A stretch of DNA of 64,000 bases from a virus. Positions within the stretch are counted from its first letter, which is position 1, and each line of letters starts with the position of its first letter. Location of the stretch: IMG/VR virus record IMGVR_UViG_3300020419_000005; one strand, 5' to 3'. Of the stretch, positions 7,411-14,984 are shown in pieces. The translations under genes were made by a program, and so were the position numbers. The notes beneath the pieces are model-generated. The model was not told the origin of the DNA. It searched no databases and saw only the letters and a list, made by a program, of their open reading frames with translations.

Positions 7411-7677
7411 TCATAAGATTGCTTTTTCCTCCATTTTGTTGTCAATTAAATAAGCAATAAAATCATTCCATTCTGACCAATCTTGATCGTAAACTGAGTA
7501 ACAAATGTCTTTGATAAATTCATCATCAATTCTTTTTGTATCCCATTCTTCCCTATCGTATGTGTCAATAACAGATAATACATCTGATTTTATGTCAACA
7601 TAGTCCATAGCAAATTGCATAGGATTAGGGCAACTGTTTAACCAATTTTGGTATTCTTGTTGATTTTTATTGGTCAT
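7411..7677 (-). CDS. acidic hypothetical early protein
   Basis: ORF track; AACACTA leader. Confidence 0.7.
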   Translation of the reverse strand: MTNKNQQEYQNWLNSCPNPMQFAMDYVDIKSDVLSVIDTYDREEWDTKRIDDEFIKDICYSVYDQDWSEWNDFIAYLIDNKMEEKAIL

Positions 7678-7699
7678 TTAATTAGTGTTTAAATTGATA

Positions 7700-7790
7700 G
7701 TGGAGGAGGTTCGATTTTAAAATCTTTTCCACCGATGCTCTTAGTAGGACTAACCCACAATGTCGGGATGAGATTACCCTTGCCCTCCAC
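7700..7790 (-). ncRNA. Candidate 91-nt structured leader RNA
   Basis: Closed by a 7-bp stem GUGGAGG/CCUCCAC; internal stems CCGA/UCGG and GUGGG/CCUAC; starts 6 nt after a TGgTACATT -10 element. Confidence 0.5.
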
Positions 7791-7796
7791 ATTTAT

Positions 7797-7855
7797 AATG
7801 TACCATATCAACGGTACAATACAATAGATGATGTGACACTATGTGAATTGTCCTA
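7797..7855 (-). promoter_or_regulatory. Double-palindrome early promoter
   Basis: TGTGACAC-N8-TTGTCCTA, then TTGTAT-16-TACATT with an internal TGTACC/GGTACA dyad. Confidence 0.65.
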
Positions 7856-7975
7856 CTCTTCCCTCACTTCAAACAATTCATATGTAATCATATCAATCAG
7901 ATCTACGTCAAGATCTTCTTTAAGATAATCTCTGAGTTTCTTTGAACTCATTGCTTTAATTTCTTGATAGGTCAT
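7853..7975 (-). CDS. small hypothetical protein (40 aa)
   Basis: Manual: MTYQEIKAMSSKKLRDYLKEDLD... Confidence 0.55.
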   Translation of the reverse strand: MTYQEIKAMSSKKLRDYLKEDLDVDLIDMITYELFEVREE

Positions 7976-8187
7976 TATTTTAATTGAATGTGATAGTTAA
8001 ATTTGATAGGATAAAAACCACTACTGGCAATGATTTCTTCCCTTAAATCGTCTTCATTGTCTGCTTCATAAACACCGAGTGCTGAGTCTCTGATTGCAAT
8101 TTCTTCATCAAATGTTAGTTGGCACTCTGGGATACCATCGCCAAATTCACAAAAGTCAAACTCAATGTCTGTTACATCATACATCAT
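7975..8187 (-). CDS. acidic hypothetical protein
   Basis: ORF track. Confidence 0.7.
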   Translation of the reverse strand: MMYDVTDIEFDFCEFGDGIPECQLTFDEEIAIRDSALGVYEADNEDDLREEIIASSGFYPIKFNYHIQLK

Positions 8188-8371
8188 TAGTCATTTCCTC
8201 CATAAGTGAGTCAATTTCTTCAGCACAAAATCCGCACCTCCAACCTTCAACTTCATCGTTGTAAACTGGATAACGATTTACATATCTACCTGTTCCGAAT
8301 GAACATAGACTACCACAATCAACACATATTTCAGTTTTGAATGTATCTACTGGTTTACACATTAATTTCAT
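8177..8371 (-). CDS. small zinc-finger-like protein
   Basis: CVDC...CGFC cysteine pairs. Confidence 0.65.
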   Translation of the reverse strand: MKLMCKPVDTFKTEICVDCGSLCSFGTGRYVNRYPVYNDEVEGWRCGFCAEEIDSLMEEMTNDV

Positions 8372-8634
8372 TGTGCATACTCCTCAACTTCCTCTACTAC
8401 ATCATCAAAACCATCATCCCAATAGTTTTGGGCATCATCAAGAAATTCGACATCTGACATATTCTTATACAAGTCATCAAGGTCTGCTGTAACATAGGCA
8501 ACTAAGTCCTCTGTTGACATATTGTCAACTGCTCTCTCAACCAAAAATGATTTGAGTTCGTTAATTAGTGCGGGTGTAAAATCTTTTTTTACTTGTCTCA
8601 TTTTATTATGAGAGTAATATTCAAATTGTGTCAT
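8368..8634 (-). CDS. acidic hypothetical protein
   Basis: ORF track. Confidence 0.7.
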   Translation of the reverse strand: MTQFEYYSHNKMRQVKKDFTPALINELKSFLVERAVDNMSTEDLVAYVTADLDDLYKNMSDVEFLDDAQNYWDDGFDDVVEEVEEYAQ

Positions 8635-8636
8635 AA

Positions 8637-8867
8637 TTAGTGTGATCTGATAGTATCATACACTCTAACTGATAAAGTTTGGTCTCCAGAGGTGTCAATT
8701 TTTTCTCTGTCACACGCTTTACCAACTATTGTCCAAATTTGGTGTAGTTCTTCATCATTGAGGAATTCTGCCATATTGTAGTAAACTTCATTGCCCTCTT
8801 GATAAGGGTCATCATCAGGGAATGTATATTTCACTCCCTCTGGTTGGTATCCTCTTGGGTCTGTCAT
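8637..8867 (-). CDS. hypothetical protein
   Basis: ORF track. Confidence 0.7.
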   Translation of the reverse strand: MTDPRGYQPEGVKYTFPDDDPYQEGNEVYYNMAEFLNDEELHQIWTIVGKACDREKIDTSGDQTLSVRVYDTIRSH

Positions 8868-9097
8868 TATTTCCCCTCGTTTCTAAGTGCTTCTTCTGCA
8901 TCATCAACTAATTGTTTCTGATTTAGCATATGCTCAACTTTTTCTTGAGCAAATCCCTCTATCTTTTCATAGAACCAATCTGAGTCTGTAATGACATCAG
9001 TTTGATGATCTACTAATTCTGTGACATACGCTTTGATGACTTCGGCAAGTTTGTTTCCGAATGTCTCGTCAACGCTGTTTAACATTGGGTCAATCAT
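8867..9097 (-). CDS. hypothetical protein
   Basis: ORF track; AACACCAA leader. Confidence 0.7.
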   Translation of the reverse strand: MIDPMLNSVDETFGNKLAEVIKAYVTELVDHQTDVITDSDWFYEKIEGFAQEKVEHMLNQKQLVDDAEEALRNEGK

Positions 9098-9120
9098 TTT
9101 GGTGTTTGTTAACTATAATC

Positions 9121-9181
9121 TATTATTGCATAGCGTTATGTACTATGCAATTCCAGGTGTGACAGTATTATAACTGTCACA
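9121..9181 (-). promoter_or_regulatory. Double-palindrome early promoter
   Basis: Perfect TGTGACAG-N8-CTGTCACA (9158-9181) plus TTGCATAG-N9-CTATGCAA (9126-9150). Confidence 0.75.
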
Positions 9182-9677
9182 TAATCTGAGTACCTTGCTC
9201 TTTAATTATCCTATTACTAATAGTGTGACCTAAACGTGGGTCTTTTCTATTCTTAACTGTATTGAATTTCTTTTTCAATGCAGGGATGAGTTCATCTAAT
9301 ACTTGTTTCGCTGTCATTCGCCATACTTCAACGATTTTTCCATCTTTGTATCTGGCATAATAGTGATGATGATATTTTCCTATTTTCTCATCAACTAGAT
9401 AATTGACTTGCTTTTCCCAAGTATCTTGAACTGATATACCATTGTATGTCGCTGTCAACTTCTTACCTATGGTTGACTTATATTCTATGGGTAAGTCATA
9501 TTTGTCGTATGCGTCAGCACCAGAATAATCCTCTGCTACTGTATGACCGAGTACCCCTGCCATATGAATCTCTCTTGATCTGGCATAACTGAATGGGTCT
9601 CCCCAACCTTGCTCTTCGCAAAGTTTGTACATATTCTCAAATAATTGCTGATAGCGTTGTTCTGGTTTGTTCATCAT
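9177..9677 (-). CDS. PD-(D/E)XK restriction-endonuclease-like protein
   Basis: SREI...GADAYD..PIEYKST resembles the E..D..ExK catalytic motif. Confidence 0.5.
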   Translation of the reverse strand: MMNKPEQRYQQLFENMYKLCEEQGWGDPFSYARSREIHMAGVLGHTVAEDYSGADAYDKYDLPIEYKSTIGKKLTATYNGISVQDTWEKQVNYLVDEKIGKYHHHYYARYKDGKIVEVWRMTAKQVLDELIPALKKKFNTVKNRKDPRLGHTISNRIIKEQGTQIM

Positions 9678-9832
9678 AGTAAGGTGTCCTCTGATAATAG
9701 TGTTCCCCACTCAGTATAGACGTATGGGTACTGTTTTGCAAGTTTTTTAAAGTGATGGAAATCATCTAGTGATAATTCTTCATTTGTTTCGTGGTATTTT
9801 TGCCACCTAGTTTGCACTTCATTGAATGTCAT
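9674..9832 (-). CDS. small hypothetical protein (52 aa)
   Basis: Manual: MTFNEVQTRWQKYHE...; ATGA coupling at both ends. Confidence 0.6.
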   Translation of the reverse strand: MTFNEVQTRWQKYHETNEELSLDDFHHFKKLAKQYPYVYTEWGTLLSEDTLL

Positions 9833-10305
9833 ACTAATACCTCACCTTTTTCAATTTGATCTAACGCTCTACGAGTGCAGGGTGTTGCTTCATAGGATAG
9901 TATCTGGTCATAGTTCTCATCATATTGATGCTTTAACTCATACATCGCCCAGAATCCTTGACCTCTACCGTTTGGAACAAATATGTATGAATACTCTTGC
10001 CAACAATCAATCATAAAGAAATCTTTTCGTTTCTTACTGATAATTGGTTCTTCATTGTCTCCACCATAGTATGATGGTTTTGGGTCAGCGATAGGTGTAA
10101 ACTCTCCTGTTTCTACATTAAACTTACTGTCAGACCAACAGTTTGACATATTGCCACCGTCAATAAGTTTGTTTACTGATTCTTCAGTATTATAGTGAGT
10201 GAGTAATTTAACTCCTAGTCCTTCGGGGTATCCATCAAAGTGATGATATACAGATTTTATTGAACCATCTTCTAATTCAATTCCTATTCTTGATCTAGTT
10301 GACAT
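9829..10305 (-). CDS. conserved phage hypothetical protein
   Basis: MSTRSRIG...SVYHHFDGYPEGLG...EYSYIF, a widespread phage early family. Confidence 0.8.
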   Translation of the reverse strand: MSTRSRIGIELEDGSIKSVYHHFDGYPEGLGVKLLTHYNTEESVNKLIDGGNMSNCWSDSKFNVETGEFTPIADPKPSYYGGDNEEPIISKKRKDFFMIDCWQEYSYIFVPNGRGQGFWAMYELKHQYDENYDQILSYEATPCTRRALDQIEKGEVLV

Positions 10306-10329
10306 AATTGGTGTTTGTTAACTGAATCC

Positions 10330-10390
10330 ATTATAGACACAAAAAAACCCCCTGTCTAGGGGGCAATGTGACACTTACCAATGTGTCCCA
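10330..10390 (-). promoter_or_regulatory. Double-palindrome early promoter with embedded terminator
   Basis: TGTGACAC-N8-GTGTCCCA (10367-10390); CCCCC-N6-GGGGG-T7 hairpin; TATAAT. Confidence 0.7.
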
Positions 10391-10776
10391 AGATGCGTCA
10401 TTGTGTTCTTAAATGTGGTAAGAGTGGAACTATTAGTAATATCCGTTGTACTGACTCTTGCTGATGCTTCATCTTTACCTATGAGTCCGTCTTTGGTTAC
10501 AAATCCCCATACAGTAACTAATGCACCTCTATCTGAGGGTGCTGTTGCAACGATTTCTAGGTCGTCTCCTGCTGATCTACTAGCAAATGACCAAGTTACC
10601 TTTTCGTTATCTCCTGTTACTAAATCCTTTTTTGATTGTAATTTGTAATCAGAGAGACTTCCTGTACCTGCTGATGTCATTCTAGCATTGATGTTTGCTA
10701 ATCTGTATGCTTTCGCTTTCGCAACCAATTCAGTACACACGCTGTTAGTTGCAGTTATAGTTGCTGATGTTGCCAT
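10375..10776 (-). CDS. hypothetical, probably late/virion protein
   Basis: A/T/S-rich; TATAAATA late promoter 28 nt upstream; own terminator. Confidence 0.65.
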   Translation of the reverse strand: MATSATITATNSVCTELVAKAKAYRLANINARMTSAGTGSLSDYKLQSKKDLVTGDNEKVTWSFASRSAGDDLEIVATAPSDRGALVTVWGFVTKDGLIGKDEASARVSTTDITNSSTLTTFKNTMTHLGTHW

Positions 10777-10804
10777 TTTTACTATGTACTTTGTTTCGTA
10801 ATTC

Positions 10805-10812
10805 TATTTATA
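10805..10812 (-). promoter_or_regulatory. T4-type late promoter TATAAATA
   Basis: Exact match overlapping the helicase stop codon. Confidence 0.7.
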
Positions 10813-12079
10813 CCACTAATGACTCAGGAGGTAGTCCATTGATGAATATAGAATCTACAACTGTTTGTAATCTTCTGATTATATGCTTACCATAGTTTGC
10901 GTGGCAAGGTACGGTAACATATCCTGTTTTCTTCCTGTAAAAACTCAATGCACCCGCTTCAATTTTGCCCTCTCTAATGTCCTTAGAATCGTCTGTATCC
11001 ATTCTAATTACTCTACCTATAGTTTGTGCCATAGACACCACATCTAACTGTCTCAGGAGGATACAATGGGTCAATCCTGACACGTTGATACCTTCACTCA
11101 AGATACTGTAATGGAATATAATAAACTTCTTGTTTTTGTCTCTACCATATTGAGTGAGAGTATCGAAAAACTTTTCTCTGTTTACTTTTTGTCTATTAAC
11201 ATATGCACCAAACTTAGATGTAATATGCAAGAACTCAAATCCACGTTTCTCAAGTTGATATATCAAATCGGTTTGAGACATCATTGCTCCCAACATTCTG
11301 CTAGACGGTACACTAACAAGAACCTTATGTGCATCATCACTATCAAGTGTGTCCAGTATATCAGTAACAGTTTGACTATCAAGGTCAAATGCCTGTTTCC
11401 TGTCTCTATTCTCTTTAGTATGAAATGGAACTATGGTAGGAGGAATGATCGAACCATTGTCAATAAGTTCTTTTGCTTCAATATTACAAATAATATTTCC
11501 GTATATAGTTCCGTTGTTCATTCCCCTAGTATTGCGATAACTAATACGAGGAGTAGCAGTAAAAAAATATGTGGATTTAGAATGACGAGAAATAGACTCA
11601 GTAGGAGGACTAAAAGACCTCGTAACAGAGTTATGTGCTTCGTCAAAATAAGCACCATCAATACTAATATCAGAATCGACAACACGTTTCAAAGAGTGAT
11701 AAGTTGTAAAAATAATTAGATGTTTGGTACTATTGTCAACAAAATTCTTGATTTTATCTGACTTAGTTGTGCTGTAGTAATGTGTTTCGCCACTATGAAC
11801 GTGCATCACATCAATACCAACATTATAGTTACCATCAAGATTCTGCTCTAGAAACTCTGAGCATAACTGGTTCGCAAGTAATATGCGTGGTGCAACAACA
11901 ATAAAAGTTTTAGGATACCAATGTAGAGTTCCGCCTTCTGTTGTTTTTAATCGTCTTGTAAGATCGTGTATCATACACATAGTCTTACCACCACCAGTAG
12001 GTACAATGACCTGACCTTTGGAGTGGTTCTTCATAATATCGACAATACGTTTTTGGTGTGGTCGTAATGTAATCATCAA
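10808..12079 (-). CDS. SF2 DEAH-box helicase (type III restriction res-like)
   Basis: LRPHQ Q-motif, PTGGGKT, FDEAH, TATP, ILSEGINV, QTIGRVIR. Confidence 0.9.
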   Translation of the reverse strand: MMITLRPHQKRIVDIMKNHSKGQVIVPTGGGKTMCMIHDLTRRLKTTEGGTLHWYPKTFIVVAPRILLANQLCSEFLEQNLDGNYNVGIDVMHVHSGETHYYSTTKSDKIKNFVDNSTKHLIIFTTYHSLKRVVDSDISIDGAYFDEAHNSVTRSFSPPTESISRHSKSTYFFTATPRISYRNTRGMNNGTIYGNIICNIEAKELIDNGSIIPPTIVPFHTKENRDRKQAFDLDSQTVTDILDTLDSDDAHKVLVSVPSSRMLGAMMSQTDLIYQLEKRGFEFLHITSKFGAYVNRQKVNREKFFDTLTQYGRDKNKKFIIFHYSILSEGINVSGLTHCILLRQLDVVSMAQTIGRVIRMDTDDSKDIREGKIEAGALSFYRKKTGYVTVPCHANYGKHIIRRLQTVVDSIFINGLPPESLVV

Positions 12080-12096
12080 AGTGTTTTAATTCACTC

Positions 12097-12157
12097 CATC
12101 ATAAACATAAAAACCCCACGTTTCAATGTGGAGTGTGACAGTTATTAAATTGGTTAC
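12097..12157 (-). promoter_or_regulatory. Double-palindrome early promoter with terminator-like hairpin
   Basis: TGTGACAG-N8-TTGGTTAC (12134-12157); CCAC-N-GTGG hairpin with T-run; TATGAT -10. Confidence 0.65.
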
Positions 12158-12297
12158 TTGATACAATAATCTGCATCAACCTTACATAGTTCTTCTTGTA
12201 GTCTCTGGTTTCTCTCATTCCTGTCAATTTTAAATGTTGTACGAATGAGTGATAAAAACACAAGTCCAATAAAAATATATAACAAATAAGGTTTCAT
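12154..12297 (-). CDS. small membrane protein (47 aa)
   Basis: Manual: MKPYLLYIFIGLVFLSLIR... Confidence 0.6.
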   Translation of the reverse strand: MKPYLLYIFIGLVFLSLIRTTFKIDRNERNQRLQEELCKVDADYCIK

Positions 12298-12530
12298 AAT
12301 GTTTTATCGTAAGTATCTTTGAGTCTATTCAACTCATTGTGAATATACTCTAGTTTTTCCTGTAAGTACTCACTTGTCGGATATTCTGCTACTTGACAAT
12401 GAATTGACTCTACTTGTCTCATCACTATCTGTATGTCAGGTACATCAAACTTTTGTACTTGTTCAGTTTCAAGGTTGGTATAGTTTATCCTTCCTTGATT
12501 CCAATCAAATGTTTCGTAGTCGCCACTCAT
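12294..12530 (-). CDS. hypothetical protein
   Basis: ORF track, coupled. Confidence 0.7.
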   Translation of the reverse strand: MSGDYETFDWNQGRINYTNLETEQVQKFDVPDIQIVMRQVESIHCQVAEYPTSEYLQEKLEYIHNELNRLKDTYDKTL

Positions 12531-12724
12531 AAACCTAATTCCTCCTGTAATCCTTTTAAAATGATTTGTTCTAATTGTGCTTGAGATAACTCATTAAGCA
12601 TTGCCCAACGTGGGTCTTTTTTATCCCACTCTAACATAAATGAACCATCCTCATTTTGTATAATGTCTAACCCTTCATTTGGGTCAGAATCCAATTCCAC
12701 TTTGTTTAGTTCTTTTGGCATCAA
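12527..12724 (-). CDS. hypothetical protein
   Basis: ORF track; IIQNEDGSFMLEWDKKDPRW. Confidence 0.7.
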   Translation of the reverse strand: MMPKELNKVELDSDPNEGLDIIQNEDGSFMLEWDKKDPRWAMLNELSQAQLEQIILKGLQEELGL

Positions 12725-12890
12725 TAACCTCTACTTTATCAATAAGTTGATTGTAATTCCACCAACATTCTAACACCTCTTCATAACTTTGTAAAACCTT
12801 AACAGATTTATCTTTACAATGTACCCTATACCAATTTCTGTCATAAGGTTTATTTGATGTATTTGTAAAGTGTTCTAGTGGAACTATCAT
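12684..12890 (-). CDS. hypothetical protein
   Basis: ORF track, start trimmed to MIVPL. Confidence 0.7.
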   Translation of the reverse strand: MIVPLEHFTNTSNKPYDRNWYRVHCKDKSVKVLQSYEEVLECWWNYNQLIDKVEVIDAKRTKQSGIGF

Positions 12891-13111
12891 ACGACTTTCC
12901 CTTCTTTCACTTCCATATAATCCCAATTAGGGTCGTCTGGAGGGTCAATCCAAAACCAATATTCACGATTATATTCTGATGATACGAAAATCCTACCATC
13001 TTCCCTCTTATTCTCTATATATACGAAAGTGCTACCTCCCATATATGTTGCAAGGTTGATTTTTGCCTGTTCAGACTTTGCTTGAACTATTGCCAGTTGC
13101 CTTAATCCCAT
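12887..13111 (-). CDS. hypothetical protein
   Basis: ORF track. Confidence 0.7.
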   Translation of the reverse strand: MGLRQLAIVQAKSEQAKINLATYMGGSTFVYIENKREDGRIFVSSEYNREYWFWIDPPDDPNWDYMEVKEGKVV

Positions 13112-13257
13112 TTTCTTTTAAAGAGTTCTTCGTGTACCTTTTGATGTAAATCTTTGAGTTTGATACCATTATCATTCTCAATTTGTACCTGATTAGATGT
13201 TGATGTCAACATCATACAAGACTCAAGTGCTTGTAGTTCGTCTTTTGATAAGATCAT
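13102..13257 (-). CDS. small hypothetical protein (51 aa)
   Basis: Manual: MILSKDELQALESCMM... Confidence 0.55.
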   Translation of the reverse strand: MILSKDELQALESCMMLTSTSNQVQIENDNGIKLKDLHQKVHEELFKRKWD

Positions 13258-13580
13258 CTTTTTTTAATAGGTGGTAACATTTCATTTCCAGGGTGGTCAT
13301 TGGTTTTTCCCCTGTAATTCTTTACATTTTTGAAGTGTGAATCTTCAATCTCTAAATCATCCCAATCGGATTGCATAACGATTACATTTACCTGTCGTAC
13401 CCCAGTTCGGAAACTTTCGTCAGGTATTTCTCTAACACAAATAGTGATGTATTCATTACATATAAAACTGATAAATCCCTCATCATTTTTATACCTACAG
13501 GGCATACCAACTTCGAGAGATTTTAAAATGTTTCTAATTTCCAATGGAATTGACTCTGATAGAAATAGTGGGGTTGTCAT
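13254..13580 (-). CDS. hypothetical protein
   Basis: ORF track. Confidence 0.7.
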   Translation of the reverse strand: MTTPLFLSESIPLEIRNILKSLEVGMPCRYKNDEGFISFICNEYITICVREIPDESFRTGVRQVNVIVMQSDWDDLEIEDSHFKNVKNYRGKTNDHPGNEMLPPIKKR

Positions 13581-14122
13581 TTAAGATAGAATTCTAGGAT
13601 ACTTCCGTTTGCTCCCATTTTTTCAATGTCGAGTGCCATTGAACTAGGATATATGCAAAAGTTCCCCTCCATAGGAGTGAATTGAAATTCATTTGAATTT
13701 AATAAGTTTTGATTACTAAATTCTAAATCCTTACCAGTAAACCATTGCTCTGAATTATCAAAGAATGTCATACTGGACTCTGGATTGTCAATGAAATATA
13801 CTCCAGTAAATATATTATCATAATTTGGTAGTAAGTGCAATGATTGTCCTTGTTTCAACCTATTGACATATGACTCTGTGAGTGTTAATTGAGTATTCAA
13901 TCCAACTAATCCAGACATCAACTCTAATTGAGAGTATATCAAGGTTTTCCACGCAACTTGTTTTGTTGCAACATTATTGTTTACACTTTTACCTGTCTCA
14001 TTGTCAACTAAAATTGCGTTTGCGTGTTGTTTAGTTCCTTGTTGAGACTCGCATTGTTGTATGTAAATCGGTTTACCGAAAACTGGTAACAGATCAACAC
14101 TCTGGAATTGTACTCGATTCAT
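13577..14122 (-). CDS. degenerate 2OG-Fe(II) oxygenase-fold protein (TIGR02466-like)
   Basis: VFGKPIY, ESYVN, FTGVYFI, FTPMEGNFCIYPS scaffold, but metal-binding His residues absent. Confidence 0.6.
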   Translation of the reverse strand: MNRVQFQSVDLLPVFGKPIYIQQCESQQGTKQHANAILVDNETGKSVNNNVATKQVAWKTLIYSQLELMSGLVGLNTQLTLTESYVNRLKQGQSLHLLPNYDNIFTGVYFIDNPESSMTFFDNSEQWFTGKDLEFSNQNLLNSNEFQFTPMEGNFCIYPSSMALDIEKMGANGSILEFYLK

Positions 14123-14318
14123 TATGTTTCAAATGTAGTAGTTCACAAATTTCATCAACGACAGAGAGATTCACTTTCAATAGTTCATCATCTATAAACT
14201 CTTTAGAGTTTTTTAAATACAAATCACTCATATACAGAGCGATTGCCTTTTTAACAATGCCTCTCTGTCTCTCATCTAATATGCGTGATTTTAAATTCAT
14301 CAGAATTGTGGTGTCCAT
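14094..14318 (-). CDS. hypothetical protein
   Basis: ORF track. Confidence 0.65.
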   Translation of the reverse strand: MDTTILMNLKSRILDERQRGIVKKAIALYMSDLYLKNSKEFIDDELLKVNLSVVDEICELLHLKHNESSTIPEC

Positions 14319-14351
14319 AATACTATGTATTATAGCGTCTATTTAATGTTG

Positions 14352-14984
14352 TCAAGGGGCAACATTAAAAGATAATGTGATTCTGTTAGCGTGTCCTGAC
14401 CCCTCATATCCGTGTTGCATATTTGGAGGGTGAATGATTATATCACCTTCTTCATAAGGTACAACAGCATCTAATTGATTAAATGCGTTCATTTGTGTTG
14501 TAGGATATTGAATTATAGGATAATGTGATGATATTATATTTCTTCTAAACTTCATCATAGGGTGCTGATTATCATTAAAATTTATATAATAAGTCCCTGA
14601 GTAAAGAACATTACTATGTTCGTGTGGTGCATACAAAGCACCCTCCTGTCCCAATTCCAAATAACTATCAGCAAAGTGTGTCCCATCAGTTAATTCATAT
14701 GCAAATGCTTGTTTATTTACTTCATTAACTGCAATTTTGATCTCGTTTTTTAATTCTTTAAATTCTGGTAGTTCAAGTATTTGATGATCTCCTAATTGTG
14801 CCACATTGACAGATATACTAGGATGTTTATTTTCTAATTTAGAACCATCTAAATCTGCAATATACTGCATAATTATAGTTTTAAATTTTGCGTGGTTCTT
14901 TACCTTATACTTACCTACTGGTTGCATAAACAAACCATATACGTTAGTCTGTGCTACGTTTTCTAGTGAGTCTGATAAGTTCAT
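14352..14984 (-). CDS. 2OG-Fe(II) oxygenase (TIGR02466-like)
   Basis: HEH..YSGTYY..EGDIIIHPPNMQH..RITLSFN. Confidence 0.85.
   Translation of the reverse strand: MNLSDSLENVAQTNVYGLFMQPVGKYKVKNHAKFKTIIMQYIADLDGSKLENKHPSISVNVAQLGDHQILELPEFKELKNEIKIAVNEVNKQAFAYELTDGTHFADSYLELGQEGALYAPHEHSNVLYSGTYYINFNDNQHPMMKFRRNIISSHYPIIQYPTTQMNAFNQLDAVVPYEEGDIIIHPPNMQHGYEGSGHANRITLSFNVAP

Noticed and set aside
1994-7420. Regularly recurring intergenic repeats as a CRISPR array
   Set aside because: Repeats are degenerate promoters separated by whole genes of variable length; no cas operon.
7700-7790. Canonical tRNA
   Set aside because: No proper T-stem or anticodon arm and no GTTC; kept only as an unassigned structured RNA.
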